Below are positions 31,161 through 41,076 of a stretch of 64,000 nt of DNA, piece after piece. Source of the stretch: Bdellovibrionota bacterium (lineage in GTDB: Bacteria > Bdellovibrionota_G > JALEGL01 > DATDPG01); contig OY764265.1 of assembly GCA_963668355.1 (NCBI GenBank), forward strand, positions 192,001-256,000, given 5' to 3'. Within the stretch, counting starts at the first letter, position 1. Each line of letters opens with the position of its first letter. The position numbers and the translations under genes were made by a program. The notes below the pieces were generated by a model. The model searched no databases and was not told the origin of the DNA. It saw only the letters and a list, made by a program, of their open reading frames with translations.

Positions 31161-32204
31161 TCAGAACGCTTGGCAATCAATGACGAAGCGGTACTTCACT
31201 TGCCCGGCCACAGTCTTTTCATAGGCATCATTGATTTGGTCCGGTCGAATCAGTTCAATATCACTCGTGATATTGTGCTTAGCGCAATGATTCAACATTT
31301 CCTGAGTTTGGGGAAGGCCTCCAATGAGAGACCCCATTAGATTTCTTCGACCAAAAATCAAAGGAAATACTTCCAAGGCCAGAGGTTGATCAGAGGCTCC
31401 AACCATGATCAACGTTCCTTCACGACGCAACAAGCTGATGGCTTGCGCAAGATCATGCTTTGCGGAAACCGTATCCAGAATGACATCAAAGTGGTTCAAG
31501 TGCTTTTGAACATCTTTTTCGTTGTTGGTCAGGACAAAGTTGGCCGCACCGAGCCTTTTTGCATCTTGAGCTTTGTGAGGGGATCGACTCAAAACTGTAA
31601 CTTCAGCACCAAAGGAGGCTGCCAACTTTACGCCCATATGCCCAAGACCTCCCAGCCCAAGCACGGCCACCTTATCCCCTTTGGAAACACCCACATGTCT
31701 CAAAGGAGAATAGGTCGTAATCCCTGCACACAACAAAGGAGCCGCGCCAGCCGAATCCAAAGATTCCGGAACGTTTAACACGAACTTTTCCTTCACCACA
31801 ATATGGGTGGAGTACCCGCCATAGGTTACCTTCTCTACATCCTGAACAGGGCTATTATAGGTAAGCGTAAACCCCTTTTCGCAATAATTCTCCAATCCCT
31901 CATTGCAACTCGAACAGGTTCCACAGGAGTCCACCAGGCAACCCACGCCCACCTTTTGACCCACTTTAAATTTCGTAACACTGGGGCCAACGGAGATGAC
32001 ATTTCCAATGATTTCATGCCCTGGAACACACGGATACACGGTTCCTCCCCATTCATCCCTGGCAGTATGAATGTCCGAGTGACAAATTCCACAATGACTA
32101 ATTTCAATTTGGACATCATCCTTTTCAACATCCCGTCGCTTGAATTCAAACGGAGCCAAAGGGGTTTTTGCATTGTGGGTGGCATAGCCTCGTACGTTCA
32201 TCAT
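31161..32204 (-). CDS. Zn-dependent NADP alcohol dehydrogenase (YahK/AdhC-like)
   Basis: CGICHSD, GHE, four structural Cys, LCAGITTYSPL, GLGGLG. Confidence 0.93.
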   Translation of the reverse strand: MMNVRGYATHNAKTPLAPFEFKRRDVEKDDVQIEISHCGICHSDIHTARDEWGGTVYPCVPGHEIIGNVISVGPSVTKFKVGQKVGVGCLVDSCGTCSSCNEGLENYCEKGFTLTYNSPVQDVEKVTYGGYSTHIVVKEKFVLNVPESLDSAGAAPLLCAGITTYSPLRHVGVSKGDKVAVLGLGGLGHMGVKLAASFGAEVTVLSRSPHKAQDAKRLGAANFVLTNNEKDVQKHLNHFDVILDTVSAKHDLAQAISLLRREGTLIMVGASDQPLALEVFPLIFGRRNLMGSLIGGLPQTQEMLNHCAKHNITSDIELIRPDQINDAYEKTVAGQVKYRFVIDCQAF

Positions 32205-32349
32205 TTTTGATCTCCTCGAAAAAAGTAGATAGAAAAACTAGCGAGAAACTTCTGGGAACACAAGCCCCCCAAACTAAAACGCTGCGACGCGCAATCTCAT
32301 TCAAAAAACCCAACGAAACGCAATTTTTAGGTCACCTCAAACAAGGGAT

Positions 32350-32817
32350 TCATTTGCCCAATTTTTGAATGATTTTCCATTCTTCCGGGCGAACCGGTTG
32401 GACGGAAAGACGCGAGCCTTTTCTCAGCAACTCCATGCCTTCCAGCCCAGGCAACTCCCGCAACAGACCCAATTCCAAAACACTTTTGAACGTCTTTTGA
32501 AGCTGAATATCCACAACAAACCAGCGCGGTTTTTCAAGCGTGGCCTTCGAATCAAAGTATTTTGACTTCGTGTCAAATTGAGTCGGATCGGGATATCCTT
32601 CTTTGACCACTTCAGCCAAGCCAGCAATACCCACAGGGGGGGTCACCGAGTGATAGAACAAAATGCCATCCCCAATTTTCAGATCATCTCGCAGGAAATT
32701 GCGAGCTTGATAATTTCGAACCCCCTCCCACATCGTTCTTTGATGAGGACTCTTGGCCAAGTCCTGAATGGAAAACGTGGTCGGTTCCGATTTCAGTAAC
32801 CAATACTGCCTAGGCAT
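32350..32817 (-). CDS. EVE domain protein (THYN1/Thy28-like)
   Basis: YWLLKSEP, WEGVRNYQARN, FYHS, RLSVQPV. Confidence 0.95.
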   Translation of the reverse strand: MPRQYWLLKSEPTTFSIQDLAKSPHQRTMWEGVRNYQARNFLRDDLKIGDGILFYHSVTPPVGIAGLAEVVKEGYPDPTQFDTKSKYFDSKATLEKPRWFVVDIQLQKTFKSVLELGLLRELPGLEGMELLRKGSRLSVQPVRPEEWKIIQKLGK

Positions 32818-32818
32818 T

Positions 32819-33334
32819 TTATTTTGAGTGAACCTTCTCTTTTACAAACCAAGCCAATATCTCAGCCAGATCACTTTGCTCTTTCCAGGTCTTGATCGAA
32901 ACATGATCGAATTCCGCCGTATTCAACCCCCGAATCATGGTGGACAACTCATTGGGCCAAAAGCCTTCCTGATATAGAACCAGGATGGGTACCGTCGAAA
33001 GACCCAAACGAGGTCTCAAATAGGCATGAGTAAATTCAATTCCGGTTCCCAAGCTGGGCGTAGACATCTCAAACACACACGCATCCAAATCCCCCTCTAC
33101 AAAACCAATCATTTTTTCTCGGACATAGTTGATTCGGTCTTGTTTCGCCCTGGGCATGGGTCCGATGGCTTTTTCTTGGAGAAGTTGAATTTCTTCCAAA
33201 TCCTTTCCAGTCGTGTGTTCTGTGCAGATGGTCGCCTTATGTCTCTTCAGAAGGCCGAGAATGGCACAATAAATGCCCCTTCGATCTCCCCATTCCTTAT
33301 GACCTTGAATGGCCGCTCCAAAGAAAATTTTCAT
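32819..33334 (-). CDS. Nucleoside-5'-monophosphate N-glycosidase, DNPH1/Rcl-like (nucleoside deoxyribosyltransferase fold)
   Basis: IFFGAAI, TEH, EMSTPSLGTGIE and LSTMIRG match the Rcl motifs VYFCGSI, TEH, EVTQPSLGVGYE and LSAMIRG (Rcl motifs recalled from memory). Confidence 0.72.
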   Translation of the reverse strand: MKIFFGAAIQGHKEWGDRRGIYCAILGLLKRHKATICTEHTTGKDLEEIQLLQEKAIGPMPRAKQDRINYVREKMIGFVEGDLDACVFEMSTPSLGTGIEFTHAYLRPRLGLSTVPILVLYQEGFWPNELSTMIRGLNTAEFDHVSIKTWKEQSDLAEILAWFVKEKVHSK

Positions 33335-33489
33335 GGGCGCCGTATTACCACAAGATGGCGCGGAGTGAGAATTTTTGGGGCATTTTTCCCAAATTTCTTC
33401 CCAATCTCGATCAATGGGGCCTGGTCAAAATCACAACAGTAAAACATAATATGACGTTTCTAGGGTTAAAACAGACCGACCGGAGCCAA

Positions 33490-34971
33490 ATGAGCAAGGT
33501 ACCCCAAAGCCGAATTCAGATATTGCGCCATGAAAGCCCCAATCCAAAAAGGGATTATGTTCTCTATTGGATGAGTCAAAACCGGCGTTTTTCTTTTAAT
33601 TTCGCCCTTGACCGAAGCATCGAACATGCAAACGAACTCAAAAAGCCTCTTCTCATTGTGGACATTCTCTTCCTCAAAGATTCTTGGGCTTCCGATCGTC
33701 ATCATCAATTTGCCCTTCAAAGCATGGCCGATCTTCAGGGACAACTCTCCCCGAGAAGCATTCAATACTATCCATTTGTGGAAAAAGAACCGGAGGGGGG
33801 GAAGGAACTCCTTCGTGCCCTCTGTAAACATGCTTGCGTCTTGATCACCGATGGCTTTCCAACATCCGCCCATATTCGAAAGGTAAAACATGCCTTACCC
33901 CCTGATCCGATTCTAATTGAGTCCATAGACTCCAACGGTCTTTTTCCCATCAAAGCGACGAAACAAATTTTCAAGACCGCCTATTCCTTTCGCAGGTTTC
34001 TTCAGAAGAATCTCATCGGGCATATTTTCCACGCCCCTGACCCGAAACCGCTCACCCATATTTCTGTTTCACGAGATCCCAAGCTTCTTCAAACCATCAC
34101 CCAACATTGGACACGGACAAACGTCTCCGATTTTCTCAAGAAAGAAGACCTCTCTTCTCTTTCCATCGATCATGAAGTCGAGCCTTGCGATCTCACAGGA
34201 GGAGAAGAATCTGCTCAGGCAACATTATCCACCTTCCTGGATGAGCGATTGCCTCGTTACGACCAAGATCGAAATCGTGTCGATGTGGCCGCCACGTCCG
34301 GCCTTTCTCCGTTCTTACAGTTCGGAAACATCTCCGTTCACGATATCTTCCAACACCTGGCGAAACTTGAGAACTGGACGCCGGACCAACTCTCAGAAAA
34401 AACGGATGGAAAACGCTCTGGCTGGTGGGGAATGGGCTCCAATGCCGAATCTTTCTTGGATGAACTCATCACGTGGCGAGAAATTGGTTTCAACCGTTGC
34501 GCCCTCCAACCAACCTATGATCGCTTTGACACCCTTCCGTCATGGGCCCAAGAGACCCTCGCCAAGCATAGCAAGGATCCAAGGCCTCATCTTTATACCC
34601 TCCGACAACTTGAGATGGCCCAAACTCACGATGCATTGTGGAATGCCGCGCAAAACCAACTACGAACGAAAGGAATCATTCACAACTATATGCGCATGCT
34701 TTGGGGGAAAAAGATTCTTGAATGGTCGCCTTCCCCTCAGAAAGCTCTCAAAAATATGATCCACTTAAATGACAAGTATGCTCTGGATGGACAAAACCCA
34801 AACTCCTATAGCGGAATTTTCTGGATTCTGGGAAGGTTTGACCGAGCTTGGGGACCAGAGCGCCCCATTTTTGGAAAAGTTCGGTATATGAGTTCTGAAA
34901 ACACGCAAAGGAAAATGAATGTCAAACCCTACCTACAAATGTTTGCGTCCAAAACATTGAAGGCGCTGTGA
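33490..34971 (+). CDS. Deoxyribodipyrimidine photolyase (class II-like)
   Basis: YVLYWM, SGLSPFL, HNYMRMLWGKK, DRAWGPERPIFGKVRYM; GGAG SD before ATG 33490. Confidence 0.88.
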   Translation: MSKVPQSRIQILRHESPNPKRDYVLYWMSQNRRFSFNFALDRSIEHANELKKPLLIVDILFLKDSWASDRHHQFALQSMADLQGQLSPRSIQYYPFVEKEPEGGKELLRALCKHACVLITDGFPTSAHIRKVKHALPPDPILIESIDSNGLFPIKATKQIFKTAYSFRRFLQKNLIGHIFHAPDPKPLTHISVSRDPKLLQTITQHWTRTNVSDFLKKEDLSSLSIDHEVEPCDLTGGEESAQATLSTFLDERLPRYDQDRNRVDVAATSGLSPFLQFGNISVHDIFQHLAKLENWTPDQLSEKTDGKRSGWWGMGSNAESFLDELITWREIGFNRCALQPTYDRFDTLPSWAQETLAKHSKDPRPHLYTLRQLEMAQTHDALWNAAQNQLRTKGIIHNYMRMLWGKKILEWSPSPQKALKNMIHLNDKYALDGQNPNSYSGIFWILGRFDRAWGPERPIFGKVRYMSSENTQRKMNVKPYLQMFASKTLKAL

Positions 34972-35870
34972 TGAGGATTCTTCTTTCGGGATCCACAGGC
35001 CTCATCGGTAAAGTGACCGCTCATCATTTTCGAAAGCAAGGGCACGAAATCATTCCGATGGTTCGAAAAAAAGGGAGTGCCCCCACTAAAAGTATTTTCT
35101 GGGATCCGAGTCATAATCGAATTGATTTGGAACAAATGGAGTCTTTTGACGGGGTCATTCATCTCGCGGGCGAAAACATTGCCAATCAGCGTTGGTCCAC
35201 GGAAAAAAAGAAGCGAATTCGGACAAGTCGAGTCAATGGAACCCGGTTGATCGCAACGCCCTTGGCCCATCTTCCCAAAAAACCGAGCTTTTTCATTTGT
35301 GCCTCTGCCATCGGCTTCTATGGAGATCGAAGAGAAGAGATCTTAACCGAGAAAAGTCCTTCAGGAGTTGGTTTCCTGCCAGAAGTGGTGTCCGAATGGG
35401 AAGAGGCCGCGACGCCTGCGTCAAAAGCTGGCATTCGAACTGTAAATTTACGAATCGGAGTGGTCCTATCGTCTCAAGGAGGCGCGCTACGACGTCTCCT
35501 GAAACCTTTTCGGCTTGGATTCGGAGGAAGAGTGGGTTCCGGAAAACAATACATGAGTTGGGTCAGTCTCGACGATGTGGTTCGCATCATCGAATATTGC
35601 ATCCATCATGAAATTTCTGGACCAGTGAACGCCGTCGCTCCAAATCCAATCACGAACCAAGAGTTTACCGCTCAACTTGGTCGCATTTTGAAGCGACCAA
35701 CCTTTTTCCCTCTTCCGGCCTGTGTGGCCAGAACACTATTGGGAGAAATGGCCGAAGCACTCCTTCTATCCAGCGCTCGCGTTTACCCTGAACGCCTCCA
35801 ACAGGATGGTTTCAAATTTTCACATCCAACCCTCGACATAGCCTTACGAGACATCCTCACCAACCGCTAA
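34971..35870 (+). CDS. TIGR01777 family NAD-dependent oxidoreductase (YfcH/SDR39U1)
   Basis: GSTGLIG, IHLAGENI, SASAIGFYG-like motif, GSGKQYMSW. Confidence 0.92.
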   Translation: MRILLSGSTGLIGKVTAHHFRKQGHEIIPMVRKKGSAPTKSIFWDPSHNRIDLEQMESFDGVIHLAGENIANQRWSTEKKKRIRTSRVNGTRLIATPLAHLPKKPSFFICASAIGFYGDRREEILTEKSPSGVGFLPEVVSEWEEAATPASKAGIRTVNLRIGVVLSSQGGALRRLLKPFRLGFGGRVGSGKQYMSWVSLDDVVRIIEYCIHHEISGPVNAVAPNPITNQEFTAQLGRILKRPTFFPLPACVARTLLGEMAEALLLSSARVYPERLQQDGFKFSHPTLDIALRDILTNR

Positions 35871-35909
35871 AACCACACCACTTTTTTATTTGACCTTGCC
35901 TGAGAAATA

Positions 35910-35929
35910 TTGTTAGGTGATCCTAACAA
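35910..35929. promoter_or_regulatory. DtxR/MntR-family operator
   Basis: Perfect palindrome TTGTTAGG-TGAT-CCTAACAA abutting the regulator's start codon. Confidence 0.8.
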
Positions 35930-36439
35930 ATGATCAAAATTGGAACGATATCTCCGAGCTTGGAAGACTATTTGGAACGCGTCTTTGACCTACTTCGAGA
36001 AGAAGGCGTGGCCCGCGTAAGCGACATAGCCAAAAGAAAGTCTGTACGAAAGGCCAGCGTAAACGAAGCCATGGGAAAGCTCGAAAAAGAGGGACTCGTT
36101 TCACGTGACTACTATGGCACCATTGCCCTCACCCCCGAAGGGGCAAAACTTGCGAAAGCCTTGGAAAAAAGGCATGGCGTTCTACAACGATTTTTTTCGG
36201 AAGTCCTTCGTGTCCCCCCCGCCATAGCCAACCAAGATGCATGCACCGTCGAACACCACATCCACCCTGAAACCGTTGAAGGGCTAAGTAAGTTTTTTGA
36301 CTTTTTGGACCATTGTCCAGACGGAGGAAATTCTTGGTTAAGACCTTTTCACGACTGTTGTCAGATTGCCCCCTCTGATTCTTCGTGTTCCAACTGTGGG
36401 TTGGACCACTCTCCCCGGAACAAAGAAGTACGTTTGTAG
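35930..36439 (+). CDS. DtxR/MntR-family metal-dependent repressor with Cys-rich tail
   Basis: SLEDYLE, RVSDIA HTH, DACTVEHHI; tail C..CC..CxxC. Confidence 0.9.
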   Translation: MIKIGTISPSLEDYLERVFDLLREEGVARVSDIAKRKSVRKASVNEAMGKLEKEGLVSRDYYGTIALTPEGAKLAKALEKRHGVLQRFFSEVLRVPPAIANQDACTVEHHIHPETVEGLSKFFDFLDHCPDGGNSWLRPFHDCCQIAPSDSSCSNCGLDHSPRNKEVRL

Positions 36440-36453
36440 TTTTTTTAAACATG

Positions 36454-36473
36454 AAGTTAGGCATGCCATACTT
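36454..36473. promoter_or_regulatory. Second DtxR-like operator
   Basis: AAGTTAGG-CATG-CCATACTT has the same GTTAGG-N4-CC geometry. Confidence 0.55.
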
Positions 36474-36502
36474 TCAAACACTCCACCTAAGAGGTTATAC
36501 AC

Positions 36503-36715
36503 ATGAATGATTCTTTATCCTGCAAGTCGGGCTTCCCTTTTAATCTTCGTCCCTGCGAATGTGGCATGGTGCACATCTCCATAGGTCCGGTTAGCTTCAA
36601 CATTTCTCAGAAAACATTTGGATTGTTTGCCTCTGAAGTGCACCGAGTTGCACAAAAAATATCTTCTCCAAAAAGAACATGGACTTCATCAGAAACAAGC
36701 AAATCCATTCATTAG
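36503..36715 (+). CDS. Small Cys/His protein (CxCGxVH motif)
   Basis: GAGG SD; 70 aa; CECGMVHISIGPVS. Confidence 0.7.
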   Translation: MNDSLSCKSGFPFNLRPCECGMVHISIGPVSFNISQKTFGLFASEVHRVAQKISSPKRTWTSSETSKSIH

Positions 36716-36728
36716 TTTAGGAGTACTT

Positions 36729-37355
36729 ATGTCTTTCAAAACAACTTTTGCCCTTTCGATTTTCCTCTGCTCTATCTTTTTCTTGGATTTAGGTCCGGCT
36801 TTCGCGAGTTCAAACGCCCCTAATTTTTGCAAGCTCGAAATAACGGGAGAAGTAACCATCCGAAACAAATGGGAGGATCAGATTCAAACCTCTCATGTTC
36901 ATTTTGAAGATCTTGACCCAGACTCCTGTCTTGAAAAAGGGATTTCCCTCCTGGAGCGAGATAGCCTCCCTTATGGAATCGTAAACGTGCGTTTTCGTGG
37001 GAAACAGCCTCGATCCATGCACCCTCTTGAGATTCATGTGCGAGCGAGCTCTCTGCAAGATAGGTACGACATCATTTTGAAAAAGACATATCTTCCGTAT
37101 CCCACATCTTTTTTGGGGGCCTGCAATCAGTTGGTCAGAGATTTTCTAAATCGAAAACAAAAAAACCCCTCCTGCAAAATCGCGTATCTCCGAAATCAAA
37201 GCCGAGAACAAGAAACCATTCCCATCACCGATGCATTTCGTTGTCTTGAAGAAGGTTTGCTCATTTCAAAGAGAAGTGATGCATCCTCCATTCAAATTTA
37301 CGCCCTAGACGAAGCCATCGAAATCAAAGCTTTGTTTCAAAACCAAAATATTTAA
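36729..37355 (+). CDS. Secreted hypothetical protein
   Basis: AGGAG SD; signal peptide ending AFA; paired Cys. Confidence 0.65.
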   Translation: MSFKTTFALSIFLCSIFFLDLGPAFASSNAPNFCKLEITGEVTIRNKWEDQIQTSHVHFEDLDPDSCLEKGISLLERDSLPYGIVNVRFRGKQPRSMHPLEIHVRASSLQDRYDIILKKTYLPYPTSFLGACNQLVRDFLNRKQKNPSCKIAYLRNQSREQETIPITDAFRCLEEGLLISKRSDASSIQIYALDEAIEIKALFQNQNI

Positions 37356-40300
37356 GGAGTTCTCAGGTTCGAATTCGTAAAGTACGCCCTCACCTTTTCA
37401 AAATAATAAAATGTCACGGGGATAAGTAGGAGTGTGAAGAAGAGAGAGCCCAGCATGCCTCCCACAACTACACCACCGATTGCCGATTTGGCCCCCATCG
37501 AATCAAAAATCTGGGGCAAAGCCCCCATCACAATGGCCAAGGAAGTCATGATAATCGTCCGAAACCGAGCTTCTGTGCCAGCCCACAAAGCGTCAATTAA
37601 AGAATCATGATCTTTCCGTCGCTGTAAAGTTGCATCAATGACTAAAATGGCGTTGTTCACCACCAAACCAACCACCATCACCATCGCCATCATGGCTCCA
37701 ATGTTGATCGAAAACTCCATAAAAAAGAGGAAATAAAACACGCCAACAAAAGACGTTAAAACTGACGTCATGATGACAAACGGATATCCAAAGGAATTCA
37801 TCAGTCCCACAAGCAGCATATACGTTAATATCACGGCCAGAATGAAGGCATTTCCCAACTCCCGATTGGATTCATCTTGATGCTCAGCATTTCCAACGTA
37901 CATGTACCCAGTGTTCTCAGGAAAATCGTAGTCTTTGAATTCTTCGTCTAAAAAGGTTCGAACCTCTCCCAAGGTTCCTTTTTGCAAATAAGACTGAATC
38001 TGGATGATGGAACGCTTATCTCGTCTTTGAAGCCTTGGCAAAACCTTCAACTCTTGAATTTCTCCCAACCTTTTTACGGGAACGTATCCTCGATCTGAAA
38101 GCACTTCTAACTGCGCGATATCCCCCACATCCGTCTTAAACACGTCTGCCAACTCAACATTAACATCGTATTCTTCACCTTCTTCCTTGTAGATATTGTC
38201 GTCATTCCCATTGACCAATGCCCGCACTGTCGTACCGACCTCCGAGGTTTTCAAGTTATAAGAAATTAAAGTTTCTTCATTTGGAATAAAACGAACTTCA
38301 TCTTTCAACCCTCGATAGGACGAGGTCACACTTCGAAAGAACCCACTGTCGGCCATCTTCTCTTTCATCTTTTCGGCAATTGGGATCAACTCTTCCAGCG
38401 AATCTCCAAAGATATGGATGTCCACATCGGACTCCGTGTTACTTGCAGTGGCTTCCCGATTAAAATTGATTTCAGCATCGGGAATTTTGGCCACCAGTGG
38501 AATCAATTCATTGATGATATCCACATCCCTTTTCTTTCGATGGTCCCGGTGCACGAGTGTAACTTTGATCGAAGCCTCATCCATGGAATCTCCACCGATA
38601 TTGGAAACAACATCAATCACTTCATCATAGTTGAGCAGCATTTTTTCGATTTTTTCAGCTACCTGTGTTGTTTGTTCCAAGTTTGTTCCGGGCGGCATCG
38701 AAATCATCACCAAGAGTTCATTTTGATCCGATGTGGGGACAAATTCACTTCCAAGGTACCTAACCGGATAGGCAATCGACAAGACGGATACGATACCGAT
38801 GCCAAAAACGAGAATGGGGTGACGAAAGGAAAAATCAAAAACACGACGATATTCTTTCAGAGATAACTTTTCCATGCGTTCGGAAAAACGGGTCATCCAT
38901 CGAACCATTCGAGCGATGGGACCAAGTTTTTTCTTTTCCATATCGGTTTTGGGTTTAAGCAAAATCCCGCACATCATGGGCGTGAGAGAAAAGGAGGCTA
39001 CTAAGGAAAAAATCGTGACATATATGATGGTCATTCCGAAATGAGACATGAACTGCCCAACGATCCCACCCATAAACGCCATCGGTGTAAACACGCACAG
39101 ATTCGTGCCTGCCGCTGCCAAGACTGCAACCGTCACCTCTTTGGTGCCATCAATGGCCGCTTGTTGAGGAGGAGACCCACGACGAATATGCTGTTCGACC
39201 GCCTCGATAATTACCAAAGCATTTGCGATCAACGTTCCCAGAGCCGTTGCCACAGCCAATAGGGTAGCAAAATTGATGGTCATCCCGTTGAGGGACATCG
39301 GGAAGAATGCAGATACAATGGAAGTTGGAATCACCACCGCAGCAACGGCTGTTACCCGAAACTTTCCAATAAACGCCAACAAGATTAATACCGTTAGTGC
39401 GATACCGAACAAAATATTCACAAGTGTTCGATCGCGACTTTCCAAAATCTTTTCCGCAGACTGATAGACACTTTTTAATTGCATACCCTTGGGGAGAGAA
39501 GAAGAAATTTCTTCCAACCTTTCATTCAAACGCTCTGCAATTAAAACGGCATTTCCATCGGAAAGCTTCATAACGGAAAGACCCACAACCTCCTTGCCAT
39601 TGTGCCTGGCCGAACTCTCTACCTCCTTATAAGAATCAGAAACAGTCGCAATATCTGAGATCTTGATCTTCGTGTTGTCCTTGGTAACCAAGAAAAGATT
39701 TCTAATTTCATCTATATTTTTGAATTCGCCATATGTTCGAACTGAAATCCGATCTCTTAAATAATCGTAAGCTCCACCCGGAACACTGATATTTCGCGCT
39801 CGAATGGCTCCAATGACATCATTGATCGAGACGTAGTGTTGCTTCATAAGAAGCGGATCCACCATGACATTAATTTGTCGCTCTTTTCCCCCGTACACGT
39901 CAACCGACGCTACTCCCGGGATCGTACTGATTCGATCAGACAACTTCTTATCGGCAAATTCATAAAGATCCCTTAGATCATGTTGATCGCTGTAGAGGAC
40001 GAGTTCGACGATCGGTTGCACCAAGGGATCAAACTTTGAGACTTCCGGCCGCTCTGCATCTTCTGGGAGATCATTTAAAATGGTTTCAATTTTATCCTTC
40101 ACTTCCATGCCTTTGACATCCACATCAACCCCTAAGTTGAACTCGATGAGCGTCAAAGCAAAATTTTCGTATATTTCGGCGTTGATCTTCTTGATGTCGG
40201 ATATCTCAGCCACCACGTCTTCAATCTTTTTGACGATCTGAGTTTCGATTTCCTTAGGAGAGGCTCCCGCATACTCGGTCCTGACCGAAACAATGGGGAA

Positions 40301-40417
40301 CTCGATTTTTGGAAACAATTCCGTCGAAAGATTTGAATAGGATCGAATCCCCAAAACAACAAAGACCAAGACAAAGACAATCGTCATGGCCGGACGTGAC
40401 ACAAACATTCGGATCAT
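37352..40417 (-). CDS. RND efflux transporter permease (AcrB/HAE1-like)
   Basis: 1021 aa with 12 TMs and two periplasmic loops; RFRTIIMT. Confidence 0.93.
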   Translation of the reverse strand: MIRMFVSRPAMTIVFVLVFVVLGIRSYSNLSTELFPKIEFPIVSVRTEYAGASPKEIETQIVKKIEDVVAEISDIKKINAEIYENFALTLIEFNLGVDVDVKGMEVKDKIETILNDLPEDAERPEVSKFDPLVQPIVELVLYSDQHDLRDLYEFADKKLSDRISTIPGVASVDVYGGKERQINVMVDPLLMKQHYVSINDVIGAIRARNISVPGGAYDYLRDRISVRTYGEFKNIDEIRNLFLVTKDNTKIKISDIATVSDSYKEVESSARHNGKEVVGLSVMKLSDGNAVLIAERLNERLEEISSSLPKGMQLKSVYQSAEKILESRDRTLVNILFGIALTVLILLAFIGKFRVTAVAAVVIPTSIVSAFFPMSLNGMTINFATLLAVATALGTLIANALVIIEAVEQHIRRGSPPQQAAIDGTKEVTVAVLAAAGTNLCVFTPMAFMGGIVGQFMSHFGMTIIYVTIFSLVASFSLTPMMCGILLKPKTDMEKKKLGPIARMVRWMTRFSERMEKLSLKEYRRVFDFSFRHPILVFGIGIVSVLSIAYPVRYLGSEFVPTSDQNELLVMISMPPGTNLEQTTQVAEKIEKMLLNYDEVIDVVSNIGGDSMDEASIKVTLVHRDHRKKRDVDIINELIPLVAKIPDAEINFNREATASNTESDVDIHIFGDSLEELIPIAEKMKEKMADSGFFRSVTSSYRGLKDEVRFIPNEETLISYNLKTSEVGTTVRALVNGNDDNIYKEEGEEYDVNVELADVFKTDVGDIAQLEVLSDRGYVPVKRLGEIQELKVLPRLQRRDKRSIIQIQSYLQKGTLGEVRTFLDEEFKDYDFPENTGYMYVGNAEHQDESNRELGNAFILAVILTYMLLVGLMNSFGYPFVIMTSVLTSFVGVFYFLFFMEFSINIGAMMAMVMVVGLVVNNAILVIDATLQRRKDHDSLIDALWAGTEARFRTIIMTSLAIVMGALPQIFDSMGAKSAIGGVVVGGMLGSLFFTLLLIPVTFYYFEKVRAYFTNSNLRTP

Positions 40418-41076
40418 GAGTGTTCTCCTCTCTCAACGACTTGCACAAGATCTCCTTCGTTCAATTGAGAGGCCCCACGAAACACAACTAAGTCGCCCGC
40501 CTTTAACCCAGACAAGACTTCGGCAAAGCCATCGGCCAACATGCCCACTTCTATATTCTTTTGAGTTACTCGATCCTCCTGAAACACCCACACATACCTT
40601 TGATCGCCTTCCTCCTGAATTGCCATTTGAGGAAGAGTCAGGGCCCGTTGACTTCCAAAGACAAAAGCATGGGCCAAAATTTCATTTGGAGAGATCTTGC
40701 GATCATGGGGGACAAAAAAAGTGACTGAAGACAAGCCTGTCATTGGATCCACTCGACCTTTTATGCTTTTGATACAGGGGCGCCCTGCTTGAAAAGGATT
40801 TGACGAACATTTTTTCATGGATCGAATTTTTTTCAACAACACGGGAGAAATGTCCGTCTGGACAAATCCGCCTTTTCTCACGTGTCCACTTAACACAAGT
40901 TGACGGTTCAAATTACGATACTGAACCATTCGAGTGGCAACAGGCTTTCCCTTCTCAGCCCATTCCGAAAAAATGCTGATGGTTTTTGCTTCCAGCTTAG
41001 ACTGGATAACATCGGCCTTCCATACAACCAACAAAATGAACACCAACGTCAAAATGATGTACAAAATTTTTCTCAT
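40414..41076 (-). CDS. Short periplasmic adaptor (MFP-like)
   Basis: N-terminal anchor; C-terminal MP domain EVLSGLKAGDLVV; position within the operon. Confidence 0.75.
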   Translation of the reverse strand: MRKILYIILTLVFILLVVWKADVIQSKLEAKTISIFSEWAEKGKPVATRMVQYRNLNRQLVLSGHVRKGGFVQTDISPVLLKKIRSMKKCSSNPFQAGRPCIKSIKGRVDPMTGLSSVTFFVPHDRKISPNEILAHAFVFGSQRALTLPQMAIQEEGDQRYVWVFQEDRVTQKNIEVGMLADGFAEVLSGLKAGDLVVFRGASQLNEGDLVQVVERGEHS

